DNA from: Candidatus Buchananbacteria bacterium
GTDB taxonomy: Bacteria > Patescibacteriota > Patescibacteriia > 2-01-FULL-39-33 > JBAYJR01
Assembly: GCA_041665005.1 (NCBI GenBank)
Contig: JBAYJR010000005.1
Location: 16,312 to 80,311 of the forward strand
Direction: 5' to 3'
Length of the DNA: 64,000 nucleotides
The position numbers and the translations under genes are program-made. The notes below the pieces were generated by a model. It worked only from the letters and a program-made list of their open reading frames with translations, had not been told where the DNA came from and did no database searches. Below, in pieces: positions 10,441 to 19,272 of the stretch; position 1 is the stretch's first letter, and each line of letters begins with the position of its first letter.

Positions 10441-11307
10441 TCAGTTTGGGTTGATATTTTGACGATAAAATTGGCTGGTGGGTTTTACAGTCTTGCCATA
10501 TTTGCCTAAATATTTTAGCCAATCAATAATGTGAATACGCGTGTAGCGTTGTTTTAAGCTTAGTAAACCAAAACTGTCGGCGGACTCGCGCCGATGCAGG
10601 TGAATAAATTTTGCTAAGGGATAAATCATTACGGCAAAACCATTTTCCCACAGTCGCCGACAAAGATCAATTTCTTGAAAATACAAAAAGAAACGTTCGT
10701 CGATTAAACCAATTTTTTCTAAACAACTTTTACGAATCATTACCGCTGAAGACATGGTCCAATCAACCGGATAAGGTTTTATACTGTTAGGTTGTAATAA
10801 ATTATATTTTGCTAACGCTTTTTTGCCCCAAGGAGTTTTGCCCAGTATGGTGCGACGGTAAGGCGGAATTAATAAATTAGGAAATTTAAAAACACTATTT
10901 TGTACAGTATGATCGGGGTTTAATAAATGCGGAGCGACTAAGCCAACTTGTGGGTTAGCTTCTAAATAATCGTAGAGCTGGTCAATGGAATTATCAAACA
11001 AAAAAATGTCTACATTGAACAAAACCACATACTTACCTTGGGCTTGTTTAAGGCCGGCATTGTTGCCTTTGACATAGCCGTAATTTTTGTCGTGATAAAT
11101 GACTTTAAGCGGCAAAGGTTGAGGTAATAAGCTATTTCGGGTTGCTGCCGTTAATTCCTGCAGTAGTTTTTTACTACCGTCGCTTGAGCCATTATCCACC
11201 ACAATCACCTCAAAAGAATGCTTGGGTGGGTGTTCGGCCAGGCTACGTAAAAAGTATTTTAATAAGCCTCGTTCGTTGTTGGTTAAAGTGATAATTGAAA
11301 GATCCAT
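10441..11307 (-). CDS. Glycosyltransferase family 2
   Basis: VIVVDNGSSDGS, NYGY..GNN.G, DERFFLY.QEIDLC. Confidence 0.9.
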   Translation of the reverse strand: MDLSIITLTNNERGLLKYFLRSLAEHPPKHSFEVIVVDNGSSDGSKKLLQELTAATRNSLLPQPLPLKVIYHDKNYGYVKGNNAGLKQAQGKYVVLFNVDIFLFDNSIDQLYDYLEANPQVGLVAPHLLNPDHTVQNSVFKFPNLLIPPYRRTILGKTPWGKKALAKYNLLQPNSIKPYPVDWTMSSAVMIRKSCLEKIGLIDERFFLYFQEIDLCRRLWENGFAVMIYPLAKFIHLHRRESADSFGLLSLKQRYTRIHIIDWLKYLGKYGKTVKPTSQFYRQNINPN

Positions 11308-11308
11308 A

Positions 11309-12334
11309 TTATTTAAACCATTTTTTTCTAAGTTCTTTAGGGGAAACAGTAGTGTAAATCATTTTTCTTTTTTTCAACGTCGGGCCAAGTTGTTTAATTA
11401 GCGCTGGCAAACAGGCCAAAGTTTTGGTTTCAAAAAATAATAAATAAAAAAACTTTTTTAGTTCATAAATTAAAATTGGTAGCCAGTCGGCGGTAAAGGT
11501 GGCTAAAGTTTCGTTTTTTAACAATAACAGCAAGTGATTTTTGTAAGAAAAATAATTACCAAACTTACGAGCTTTGCGTTCTCTGATTAATTCTTTTAAG
11601 CCGCGCCAAGAATAGCTAAAGTTTTTTTTGCTAGTGCGAAAATGATAAGCCACGGCCTCGGGAATAACCAGTGATGACCAACCGGCGCGGTGGAGTCGCC
11701 AACAAATATCAATATCTTCTTTATTGATTACAAAGTTTTCGTCAAAATATTCGCTGTGACCATTACTTAAAACCATTTTAACTCGTTCTAAAGCTTCACG
11801 GCGATAAAGTACCAAAGCGCCAGAAATTGCAAAAACTTCACAGGCTTTGTCGTATTGGCCAACATCTTCTTCGCCCGCTCCCCGCTCTTCAAAGTGCCGT
11901 TTACGACTGGCGCGAATACCCACCGTGTCAATCAAATTAGTTTTTTGGCTAATTCCCAATTCAGCATCTTGCCAAATTAAACGTAAAAGTTTACCGCTAA
12001 AAACAGCGTGCTGGGGATGGCTTTCAGCGGCGGCCATTAATTTAGCTAAAAAATCTGGTTCTAAGATAATATCCGGATTGGTTACCAAAACGTATTCAGT
12101 TTTTAGTAACTTAAAACCTTGGTTATGCGCTTTGGCGTAATAATTATTTTGATGATTGGTAAAAACCGTAACCTGCGGAAAGTTTTTCTTTATAAAATCA
12201 ACGGAATTATCTAAAGAATTATTATCAATAACCAAAACTTGAAAATCACGATAAGTTTGATTAAAAATTGAATCTAGGCAAAGCGGTAAATATTTTGCCG
12301 CGTTCCAGGTTACTAATTGAATGGTTAATTTCAT
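11309..12334 (-). CDS. Glycosyltransferase family 2
   Basis: VTWN, VIDNNSLDNS, NPDI, KEDIDICWR. Confidence 0.9.
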   Translation of the reverse strand: MKLTIQLVTWNAAKYLPLCLDSIFNQTYRDFQVLVIDNNSLDNSVDFIKKNFPQVTVFTNHQNNYYAKAHNQGFKLLKTEYVLVTNPDIILEPDFLAKLMAAAESHPQHAVFSGKLLRLIWQDAELGISQKTNLIDTVGIRASRKRHFEERGAGEEDVGQYDKACEVFAISGALVLYRREALERVKMVLSNGHSEYFDENFVINKEDIDICWRLHRAGWSSLVIPEAVAYHFRTSKKNFSYSWRGLKELIRERKARKFGNYFSYKNHLLLLLKNETLATFTADWLPILIYELKKFFYLLFFETKTLACLPALIKQLGPTLKKRKMIYTTVSPKELRKKWFK

Positions 12335-12337
12335 AAA

Positions 12338-13852
12338 TTAATTTACTTTTTTTTCGGTCACCCAAAAGCCTAAACGATATTTTCCGCCTAGCATTAGGCG
12401 GGTTTGGGCGTCGGTGGCTGGGATGGCGCCAAAAATTAATAAGGTTACTGGTACCACTATCCATTGTAGCATCATAGTAATATAATCATACCATTTGGTA
12501 TTTGGTTTGCGTGGTAATAAAAAAATATACAAACCGGTAATGACCATTAAACCCAACATGGAAAATTGCATTAATTTTTCTAAAGTATAGGGCGCGTTTT
12601 GTAATAACACTGTGGAACGAGCGGAATTATTGGCTACCCATAGTGGTAACCGGCCCAAGATAAAAATTAATAATGGTGCCGTGGCCCAAGAATAAACGCC
12701 TTCGGTTTGATTCCAAATGTAATAAATCTTTTTTAAAAAAGGAATTTTTTTATTACCATATTTACCCCAAAAATTTACTACCATAAACGGAAAATGTTCT
12801 ACCCCCCAGGCCCAACGTCGCATTTGTTTGTATTGGTTGAGGGCGCTGTGCCAAAATTTGCCAATGTAAACGGTGCACATAGAAACTGGAACATAAATTG
12901 GCACGACTGAATAATCACCGTCATAGCGCAATAAACCTTGCAAAAATAACCGAGAATCTTCGGTCACAATGGTTTTAGTATGCCAGCCAATATCTACTAA
13001 AGCGCGCCAGCTCATGGAATGCGAAGAAAAAGTAAATAGCCGTTCACTACGCGCCATATCGGTTAATAACCAAAAAGTGGTGGAAGAAGCGACCACGCGA
13101 ATAATGGGGTTGGATTGCCAAACATTGTTATTGTATAAAACTAGCGGTTGATAACTGCAACGGGTGGGATTGGGCACGGTTAAAAATTTATACATTAAGC
13201 AGGCAAAATATTGCGGATCTGGCCAAGTTTCAATATCAAAAAAAGAACAAATAATATTATCGTAAGGTAGTTGTAAGCGATCGATCATCTCTTGGGCGCG
13301 TTGATCTGCCCAGTGCATATTAGACCCCTTGCCCGGTAATTCTTCGGGTAAATTTTTAGGATGAACCGTGATTAAAAAACTAAAAAACTTGGAGGCAAAC
13401 TCGGCTTCAATTTTTTTAGCGAGTACTAAAAAATTTTCTTGATCCCGTTCTTCGCCGGCCAACACCACCATAAATTTATTCAGCGGATATTTAACCTCAC
13501 AGAGTTTAATAAAAGATTCGCGCACGACTTCATAAGGTTCTTTGTAAGTAGGATAAAAAACTAGATGATAGTAATTGGCTAAATTTTTGGGGCCGGATCG
13601 AGTTGGACCAAACTCAGTGTTTAATTTTTGCCACCAGTCAATTTTAAGATTTTTGCGATAATTAAACCAGGAATTAATAACATAAATTGATAAGTAGGCA
13701 ATCCGTAGCAACCAGTAAGTATCAAAAGCAATAATAAAATAGATGGTAGCTAGTGGGTAAATAAAAGAAAAAATAATTGCCAAACCCAAAGTTAACCAAA
13801 CGGCTAGACCGGGGACAGTTTCTAGTAAGCGATATTTTTTTTGATCAGTCAT
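12338..13852 (-). CDS. Membrane-bound processive-type GT2 glycosyltransferase
   Basis: TM helices flanking catalytic domain; GKGSN, DIE, IVTED, QMRRW (QxxRW). Confidence 0.85.
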   Translation of the reverse strand: MTDQKKYRLLETVPGLAVWLTLGLAIIFSFIYPLATIYFIIAFDTYWLLRIAYLSIYVINSWFNYRKNLKIDWWQKLNTEFGPTRSGPKNLANYYHLVFYPTYKEPYEVVRESFIKLCEVKYPLNKFMVVLAGEERDQENFLVLAKKIEAEFASKFFSFLITVHPKNLPEELPGKGSNMHWADQRAQEMIDRLQLPYDNIICSFFDIETWPDPQYFACLMYKFLTVPNPTRCSYQPLVLYNNNVWQSNPIIRVVASSTTFWLLTDMARSERLFTFSSHSMSWRALVDIGWHTKTIVTEDSRLFLQGLLRYDGDYSVVPIYVPVSMCTVYIGKFWHSALNQYKQMRRWAWGVEHFPFMVVNFWGKYGNKKIPFLKKIYYIWNQTEGVYSWATAPLLIFILGRLPLWVANNSARSTVLLQNAPYTLEKLMQFSMLGLMVITGLYIFLLPRKPNTKWYDYITMMLQWIVVPVTLLIFGAIPATDAQTRLMLGGKYRLGFWVTEKKVN

Positions 13853-13894
13853 AAAAAGCTAAGCGGTTTAATTAGGAACGCGTGGTTATTAAAA

Positions 13895-15490
13895 TTAAAT
13901 TAAGGATCGCCCGGTCATTTCTGGCGGTTGTTGTAAGCCCATGATTTTTAAAATAGTCGGGGCTACATCAGATAAGACGCCAATTGGTTTAATTAAACTT
14001 AAGTCATTACCAATGCTATCGCTAAGTCCGGCTGTTTGCCCAAGCCAGTGTTGACCAACGATGATTAAGGGCACGGGATAAGTGGAATGTTCTTTGTCTA
14101 TTTGATTGGTCTGTAAATTGACCAACTCTTCGGCATTACCATGATCGGCAGTAACGATTAAAACCCCTTCTTTGGCTAAAACAGCTTCTTGTAGCCTTTT
14201 TAGGCACAAATCTATGGTTTCTACGGCTTTAATGGTGGCTTTAATGTTTGCTGTGTGGGCAACCATATCGGCATTGGCAAAGTTTAGCACAATAAAGTCA
14301 TACTTGTCAGCTAAAATAGCCTCTACTGTTTGTTTAGTAATTTCTTTGGCAGACATTTCTGGTTTTTGGTTGTAACTGGCCACTCGAGGCGAAGGAACTA
14401 AAATGCGGTCTTCCCCGGTAAATTTTTCTTCTTTACCGCCGTTAAAAAAGTAAGTAACATGCGCATATTTTTCGGTTTCGGCAATATGCAGTTGTTTAAG
14501 CCCGGCTTCGGCGATTACTTCGGCCAAAGTTTTGTTGATAGCTTCTGGCGGTAGCGCTACTTGAATTGGTAAATCTTTATCATATTCGGTCATGGTAACA
14601 AAAGTTAGGTTTGGTAAATAAGTTCGGGGAAATTTATCAAAGCCAGGTAAAACAAAAGCTTTGGTTAATTGTCGGGCGCGATCGGCGCGATAGTTGAAGA
14701 AAATAATGGAATCTTTCTCCCCCACCGTAGCGGTTGGTTTATTTTTTTCAGTAATGACGACGGGTAAAAATTCTTCGTCATAAATTTTTTTAGCATAAGA
14801 ACTTTCAATTGCCGCCACGGGATCCGAAAAATATTCTGTGCTTTTGCCTTCGGCAATTGCTTGATAAGCCAAAACCAATCTTTCCCAATGATTGTCTCGG
14901 TCCATGGCATAGTAGCGACCAGAAATAGTGGCAATTTTTCCTAATTTTAGTTCTTTACATTTGGCTAAAATTTTTTTAATAAAATCTAAACCCGAATTAT
15001 ATTGGGAATCCCGACCGTCTAAAAAAGCATGAATATAAACTTCTTTAAATTTTTCTTTTTTGCATAGTTCTAATAAAGCGAATAAATGTTCTAAAGAACT
15101 ATGAACATTGCCGTTGGAAGCTAAGCCGAGTATATGTAATTTACTTTGGTTGGCTTTGGCGTTTTTAACAGCGGCTAATAATGCGGGATTAAGAAAAAAT
15201 GAACCATCTTGAATGGTCTTATTTATCAAAGGTAAGTTTTGATAGATCAGCCGGCCGGAACCCAAGTTTAAATGGCCGACTTCGGAATTACCAATTTCTC
15301 CCCAAGACAAACCAACATTTTCACCCGAAGCTAAAATGGTCATGGCTGGATAATTGCTAATTAACGAATTAAAGGTTGGTAGTTTGGCCAAACTAATGAC
15401 ATTGGAAGAGGCCGGCGGGGCTACTCCCCAGCCGTCTAAAATAGCCAAAACTACTGGCTTGGGTCGGTTAATTTTTGGTTGTTCAGACAT
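13895..15490 (-). CDS. gpmI: 2,3-BPG-independent phosphoglycerate mutase (copy 2)
   Basis: ILDGWG, GNSEVGH, DGRD, GRYYAMDRD, ETEKYAHVT, ADHGNAE; start trimmed to ATG 15490. Confidence 0.95.
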   Translation of the reverse strand: MSEQPKINRPKPVVLAILDGWGVAPPASSNVISLAKLPTFNSLISNYPAMTILASGENVGLSWGEIGNSEVGHLNLGSGRLIYQNLPLINKTIQDGSFFLNPALLAAVKNAKANQSKLHILGLASNGNVHSSLEHLFALLELCKKEKFKEVYIHAFLDGRDSQYNSGLDFIKKILAKCKELKLGKIATISGRYYAMDRDNHWERLVLAYQAIAEGKSTEYFSDPVAAIESSYAKKIYDEEFLPVVITEKNKPTATVGEKDSIIFFNYRADRARQLTKAFVLPGFDKFPRTYLPNLTFVTMTEYDKDLPIQVALPPEAINKTLAEVIAEAGLKQLHIAETEKYAHVTYFFNGGKEEKFTGEDRILVPSPRVASYNQKPEMSAKEITKQTVEAILADKYDFIVLNFANADMVAHTANIKATIKAVETIDLCLKRLQEAVLAKEGVLIVTADHGNAEELVNLQTNQIDKEHSTYPVPLIIVGQHWLGQTAGLSDSIGNDLSLIKPIGVLSDVAPTILKIMGLQQPPEMTGRSLI

Positions 15491-15492
15491 AA

Positions 15493-17067
15493 TTAGATTA
15501 AGGATTTGCCGGTCATTTCTTTGGGAATTGGCAATTGATAAAGTTTTAAAATAGTTGGTGCAATACAAGCTAGAGTTAACAAGGGTTGAACCGGTTTAAT
15601 TTTTTGACCTTTAAATTTTTTGTTTACAATTACTACCGGCACCGGAAAGGAAGAATGCTGGGTGTCGTTTTCGTTAGTTTTTAATTTAATCATTTCTTCG
15701 GCATTGCCGTGGTCAGCGGTAATAATCACCGTGCCATTTTTTTGCAAAACTGCGGCCACTAATTTTTTTAATTCTTGGTCAACCACCTTGATGGCTTTAA
15801 TAGTAGCTTCCAGGTTTCCAGTGTGACCAACCATATCAGCGTTGGCATAATTGATTGTAAAAAAATCAAATTCGTTTTGGCGAATGGCCTTCAGAACTCT
15901 TTGGGTAATTTTTTTAGCGGACATTTGTGGTTTTTGATCGTAAGAAATTACGTTGGGTGAGGGAATTAAAATACGCTTTTCGCCGTTAACCGGATTAGCA
16001 TAGCCGCCATTAAAAAAATAAGTAACATGAGCGTATTTTTCGTTTTCGGCGATGTATAGCTGTCTAATTTTAGCTAGTTCTATTGGCAAAGTGTGTTTAA
16101 CGTCAATACTAGGAAAAGCTGACAAAATAGAATCTAAATCGGGACCAAAATCAGTTAAGGCTACAAAACATAAGTTTTTTAAAACTTTTTTGCGTTTAAA
16201 ACTGCCGGGATTTAGTTGATTAAAATCTGGCTGGATAAAAGCTTTAGTTAATTGTCGGGCGCGGTCAGAGCGAAGATTAAAAAAAATAACGGCGTCATTA
16301 TCGCTGAGGCGAGGAACAGGCTTGTTGTTGTTAAATAAAACATAGGGCGGAATAAATTCGTCAGAAATTCCTTGATTGTAGCTTTGAGTAATGGCCGCTT
16401 GAGGGCTTCGCGCTACCAAGCCTTCGCCTAAAACTAAAGCATTGTAAGCTAATTCAGTCCGGGACCAGATTTTTTTACGATCCATACCATAAAAGCGACC
16501 CATAATTGTTCCGACCAATTCTTGATTATTCAAAGAACGCAATAGCGCTTCTAAGTATTGCAATGAAGAAAATTTTGGCGAATCACGGCCGTCGGTAAAT
16601 AAATGTAAATATACTTTATCTATTTTTTTTAATCGTGCCCAAGTTAGTAAAGCTAGTAAATGATCCGGGTCCACATGACCACTTTGAACGCCAGAAAGCA
16701 TTCCTAATAAGTGCAAAGCCGAATGATTTTTTTTAACGTGTTGATAAGCGCTTTCAAAGGCTTGATTTTTAAAAAAACTGCCGTCATTAATATCTTCCGA
16801 AATTCTAACCGAATCTTGCAAAACTACGCGGCCCGCACCAATATTAAGGTGTCCCGCTTCAGAATTACCGTCTTGAGTAGGTGGTAAACCAACACAACGG
16901 CCCGAGGCACATAATTCGGTATAAGGATAATTTTTAGTTAAAGATTCAAAGAATCTTGGTTTAGCCAAAGTAATAGCGTTACCGATATTAGGTTTAGCTA
17001 AGCCAAAACCATCTAAGACAACTAAAACCACCAGAGGCGGTTTAGCGGCAGATATTTTTTTGATCAT
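15493..17067 (-). CDS. gpmI: 2,3-BPG-independent phosphoglycerate mutase (copy 1)
   Basis: VLDGFG, GNSEAGH, DGRD, ENEKYAHVT, NADMVGH, ADHGNAE; start trimmed to ATG 17067. Confidence 0.95.
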   Translation of the reverse strand: MIKKISAAKPPLVVLVVLDGFGLAKPNIGNAITLAKPRFFESLTKNYPYTELCASGRCVGLPPTQDGNSEAGHLNIGAGRVVLQDSVRISEDINDGSFFKNQAFESAYQHVKKNHSALHLLGMLSGVQSGHVDPDHLLALLTWARLKKIDKVYLHLFTDGRDSPKFSSLQYLEALLRSLNNQELVGTIMGRFYGMDRKKIWSRTELAYNALVLGEGLVARSPQAAITQSYNQGISDEFIPPYVLFNNNKPVPRLSDNDAVIFFNLRSDRARQLTKAFIQPDFNQLNPGSFKRKKVLKNLCFVALTDFGPDLDSILSAFPSIDVKHTLPIELAKIRQLYIAENEKYAHVTYFFNGGYANPVNGEKRILIPSPNVISYDQKPQMSAKKITQRVLKAIRQNEFDFFTINYANADMVGHTGNLEATIKAIKVVDQELKKLVAAVLQKNGTVIITADHGNAEEMIKLKTNENDTQHSSFPVPVVIVNKKFKGQKIKPVQPLLTLACIAPTILKLYQLPIPKEMTGKSLI

Positions 17068-17174
17068 AAATAATAGCAAAGCAAACAAATTATAAGGTTA
17101 ATTATAATATAATTTGAGTTTTTTTTCAAATGGGTCGTAAGGTTAGGTATAAACTATTGAAACACTACAAATAC

Positions 17175-17244
17175 TTGACAAATTATTATTTTTTTGTTAT
17201 ATTGACATGAAATTAATATTCATTAATTTTAACAAACAAGGAGG
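17175..17244 (+). promoter_or_regulatory. sigma70-type promoter and SD
   Basis: TTGACA 17175-17180, 17 nt ending TGT, TATATT 17198-17203; AAGGAGG 17238-17244. Confidence 0.7.
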
Positions 17245-17250
17245 CATTCA

Positions 17251-17502
17251 ATGGCAATCAGTAAAAAAGAAGCTTTGGCTAAGTTAACGCCAAAGCAACA
17301 AGAAGTATTTAATGAAATAGAAATAAAAATTGACCAAGCTCTGCGTGAGAAGTATGTCGAGGGCGGAGAAGTCGTAGTTTGTTTAGAAACTCAACCCGAA
17401 AAAAGAATTCAGAGTGAAATAGTTAAAAGGTATAAAGCGGTAGGATGGGAGAATGTTTTATTGCGTCGTGACCGAGATGGATTTTATGTAACTATTGGAT
17501 AG
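17251..17502 (+). CDS. Hypothetical 83-aa protein (stand-alone cassette)
   Basis: Own promoter, SD and terminator; soluble alpha/beta-like sequence. Confidence 0.75.
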   Translation: MAISKKEALAKLTPKQQEVFNEIEIKIDQALREKYVEGGEVVVCLETQPEKRIQSEIVKRYKAVGWENVLLRRDRDGFYVTIG

Positions 17503-17514
17503 TATAATAATTTC

Positions 17515-17544
17515 AAAGAGCGTAAGTAATTACGCTCTTTTTTT
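17515..17544 (+). terminator. Intrinsic terminator
   Basis: AAAGAGCGTAA-gtaa-TTACGCTCTTT followed by T-run. Confidence 0.85.
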
Positions 17545-17562
17545 CTTGCCAGAAATTTTAGG

Positions 17563-18774
17563 TTAGTCAATAATGGTATTGGTTTCGGGAGTTTCGGCTA
17601 CTTGTAGTTCTGACATTTTTTGGCGACGGAAAAAAACAATGCCAAAAGCAATTAACATTAAAAAAGTGGTTAGCCAAAATGGCGCCGCGGTTTTTAAAGA
17701 AAATAGTTGCCCAGAAATTAAGGGGCCAACAATCATTCCTAAGGACATAATGGAGCTCATTACTCCCATTACTTCCCCTCTTTGATTTAACGGCGCCGTG
17801 CCAGCCGCTTGACTAGTTAGAATTACCCGCAGAACTGATTGACCAAAAACATTTAAAATCATGGCCAGGGCTAAAGTTATAAGCAGTGGCCAGCTAAACA
17901 AAAAGAAAGCTACGGCCATGGCTAAAAATAACCATAATTGCAAGGTTGGTTCGGAAAAATATTTTAACCAAAAATGCTTTAAGCCAATCCCCTGGTTTAA
18001 GGCAATTCCTAAACCTACTCCGGCCATAATCCAGCCGGTACCAGCGGTGCCGATGTTAAAAATCTTTAATAAATACAAGGCCATGATTGATTGCTGAATG
18101 GCAATAGCGACACTAAATAAAAACCAAATAGAAAATAAAGGTTTTAATTGTTGATTTTGCCAAGCCTTTATTAGTGGCCGTAAAGGCTGAATTTGTTGAC
18201 GCCAATTATTCGTTGCTAAATTTTTAGTTTGATTAGTTTCGGGAAAGAAAAAATAAACGGAAATTAAATTAATTGTTGATAAAGCAAAAGCAAACCAAAA
18301 CGGCGCATGCGGATGAGCCGCCCCCAAAAGGCCACCGATGGCTGGGCCAATAATAAAACCAATACCAAAAACTGCCCCCATTAAACCTAAATTATGCGTG
18401 CGTTCTTGAGGGGTTTTAGCCAGATCGGTCATAGCGCTATGAGCGGTAGAAATGTTTCCCGCCGCTAAACCGTCTACAATGCGTCCAATAAATAGCCAAA
18501 TCATTGTTGGGGCTAAAGAAAAAATTAACCAACCGACGGCCGAAGAAAAAATACTAATTAATAAAATCGGCCGACGACCATAACGGTCAGACAAAACTCC
18601 TAAAACTGGCGTGGAAAAGAAAGCACAAAAAGAAAAGACGGCAAAGAGCAAAGTTAGAATTGCCGGAGTAACGCCAAAATTTAAGACATAACTGGGTAAA
18701 GAAGGTATAACAATGCCAATACCAATAACATCTACTAAGGCGGTAATAAGTAGGGTTATTTTTTCTTTGGACAT
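17563..18774 (-). CDS. MFS transporter, TetA/DHA1-like
   Basis: DVIGIGIVIP, GVLSDRYGRRP (motif A), GFIIGPAIGG. Confidence 0.9.
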   Translation of the reverse strand: MSKEKITLLITALVDVIGIGIVIPSLPSYVLNFGVTPAILTLLFAVFSFCAFFSTPVLGVLSDRYGRRPILLISIFSSAVGWLIFSLAPTMIWLFIGRIVDGLAAGNISTAHSAMTDLAKTPQERTHNLGLMGAVFGIGFIIGPAIGGLLGAAHPHAPFWFAFALSTINLISVYFFFPETNQTKNLATNNWRQQIQPLRPLIKAWQNQQLKPLFSIWFLFSVAIAIQQSIMALYLLKIFNIGTAGTGWIMAGVGLGIALNQGIGLKHFWLKYFSEPTLQLWLFLAMAVAFFLFSWPLLITLALAMILNVFGQSVLRVILTSQAAGTAPLNQRGEVMGVMSSIMSLGMIVGPLISGQLFSLKTAAPFWLTTFLMLIAFGIVFFRRQKMSELQVAETPETNTIID

Positions 18775-18860
18775 AATAAAAAGATAAAACGTAACTAAAG
18801 AAAGTGCAGATAGTAATTATCTGCGCTTTCTGATCCTTTTGTCAAAGCTTTAGGGTTTAT

Positions 18861-19250
18861 TTATGTTTTAGATGATTTTATCTTTTGGATGATAACTTTT
18901 ATTCCCCAACCTAGAACTAAGCCGATTATTATTAAAATTATTTCTATTTTTAGTTCTTGCCAAGCACCTATTAATACACTAAAAAACAATATAGGTAAAA
19001 ATATACCAAAACAAAATGTTTTCCAGGGCTTTTTTAATAAAATATGGCATAAAAAACTAAAAATTAGATAATACGACAAAAAGAAGCCTTCAAAATATTC
19101 AGGATGACTAGGACCCCAAAAGGTATTAGTAATTGGCCCAAATTTAATATAATATAATTTGCCAAAAAATGGCATTAGTATAACTGTCAAGATAAAAGTT
19201 GTAATCCATAACCACAAAATATTATTTTTTGAATTTTTTACTTCTTCCAT
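18861..19250 (-). CDS. Hypothetical 4-TM membrane protein
   Basis: 129-aa hydrophobic ORF directly downstream of lipase-domain gene. Confidence 0.7.
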   Translation of the reverse strand: MEEVKNSKNNILWLWITTFILTVILMPFFGKLYYIKFGPITNTFWGPSHPEYFEGFFLSYYLIFSFLCHILLKKPWKTFCFGIFLPILFFSVLIGAWQELKIEIILIIIGLVLGWGIKVIIQKIKSSKT

Positions 19251-19272
19251 AAATTTTTATTATTTTTTTAAT

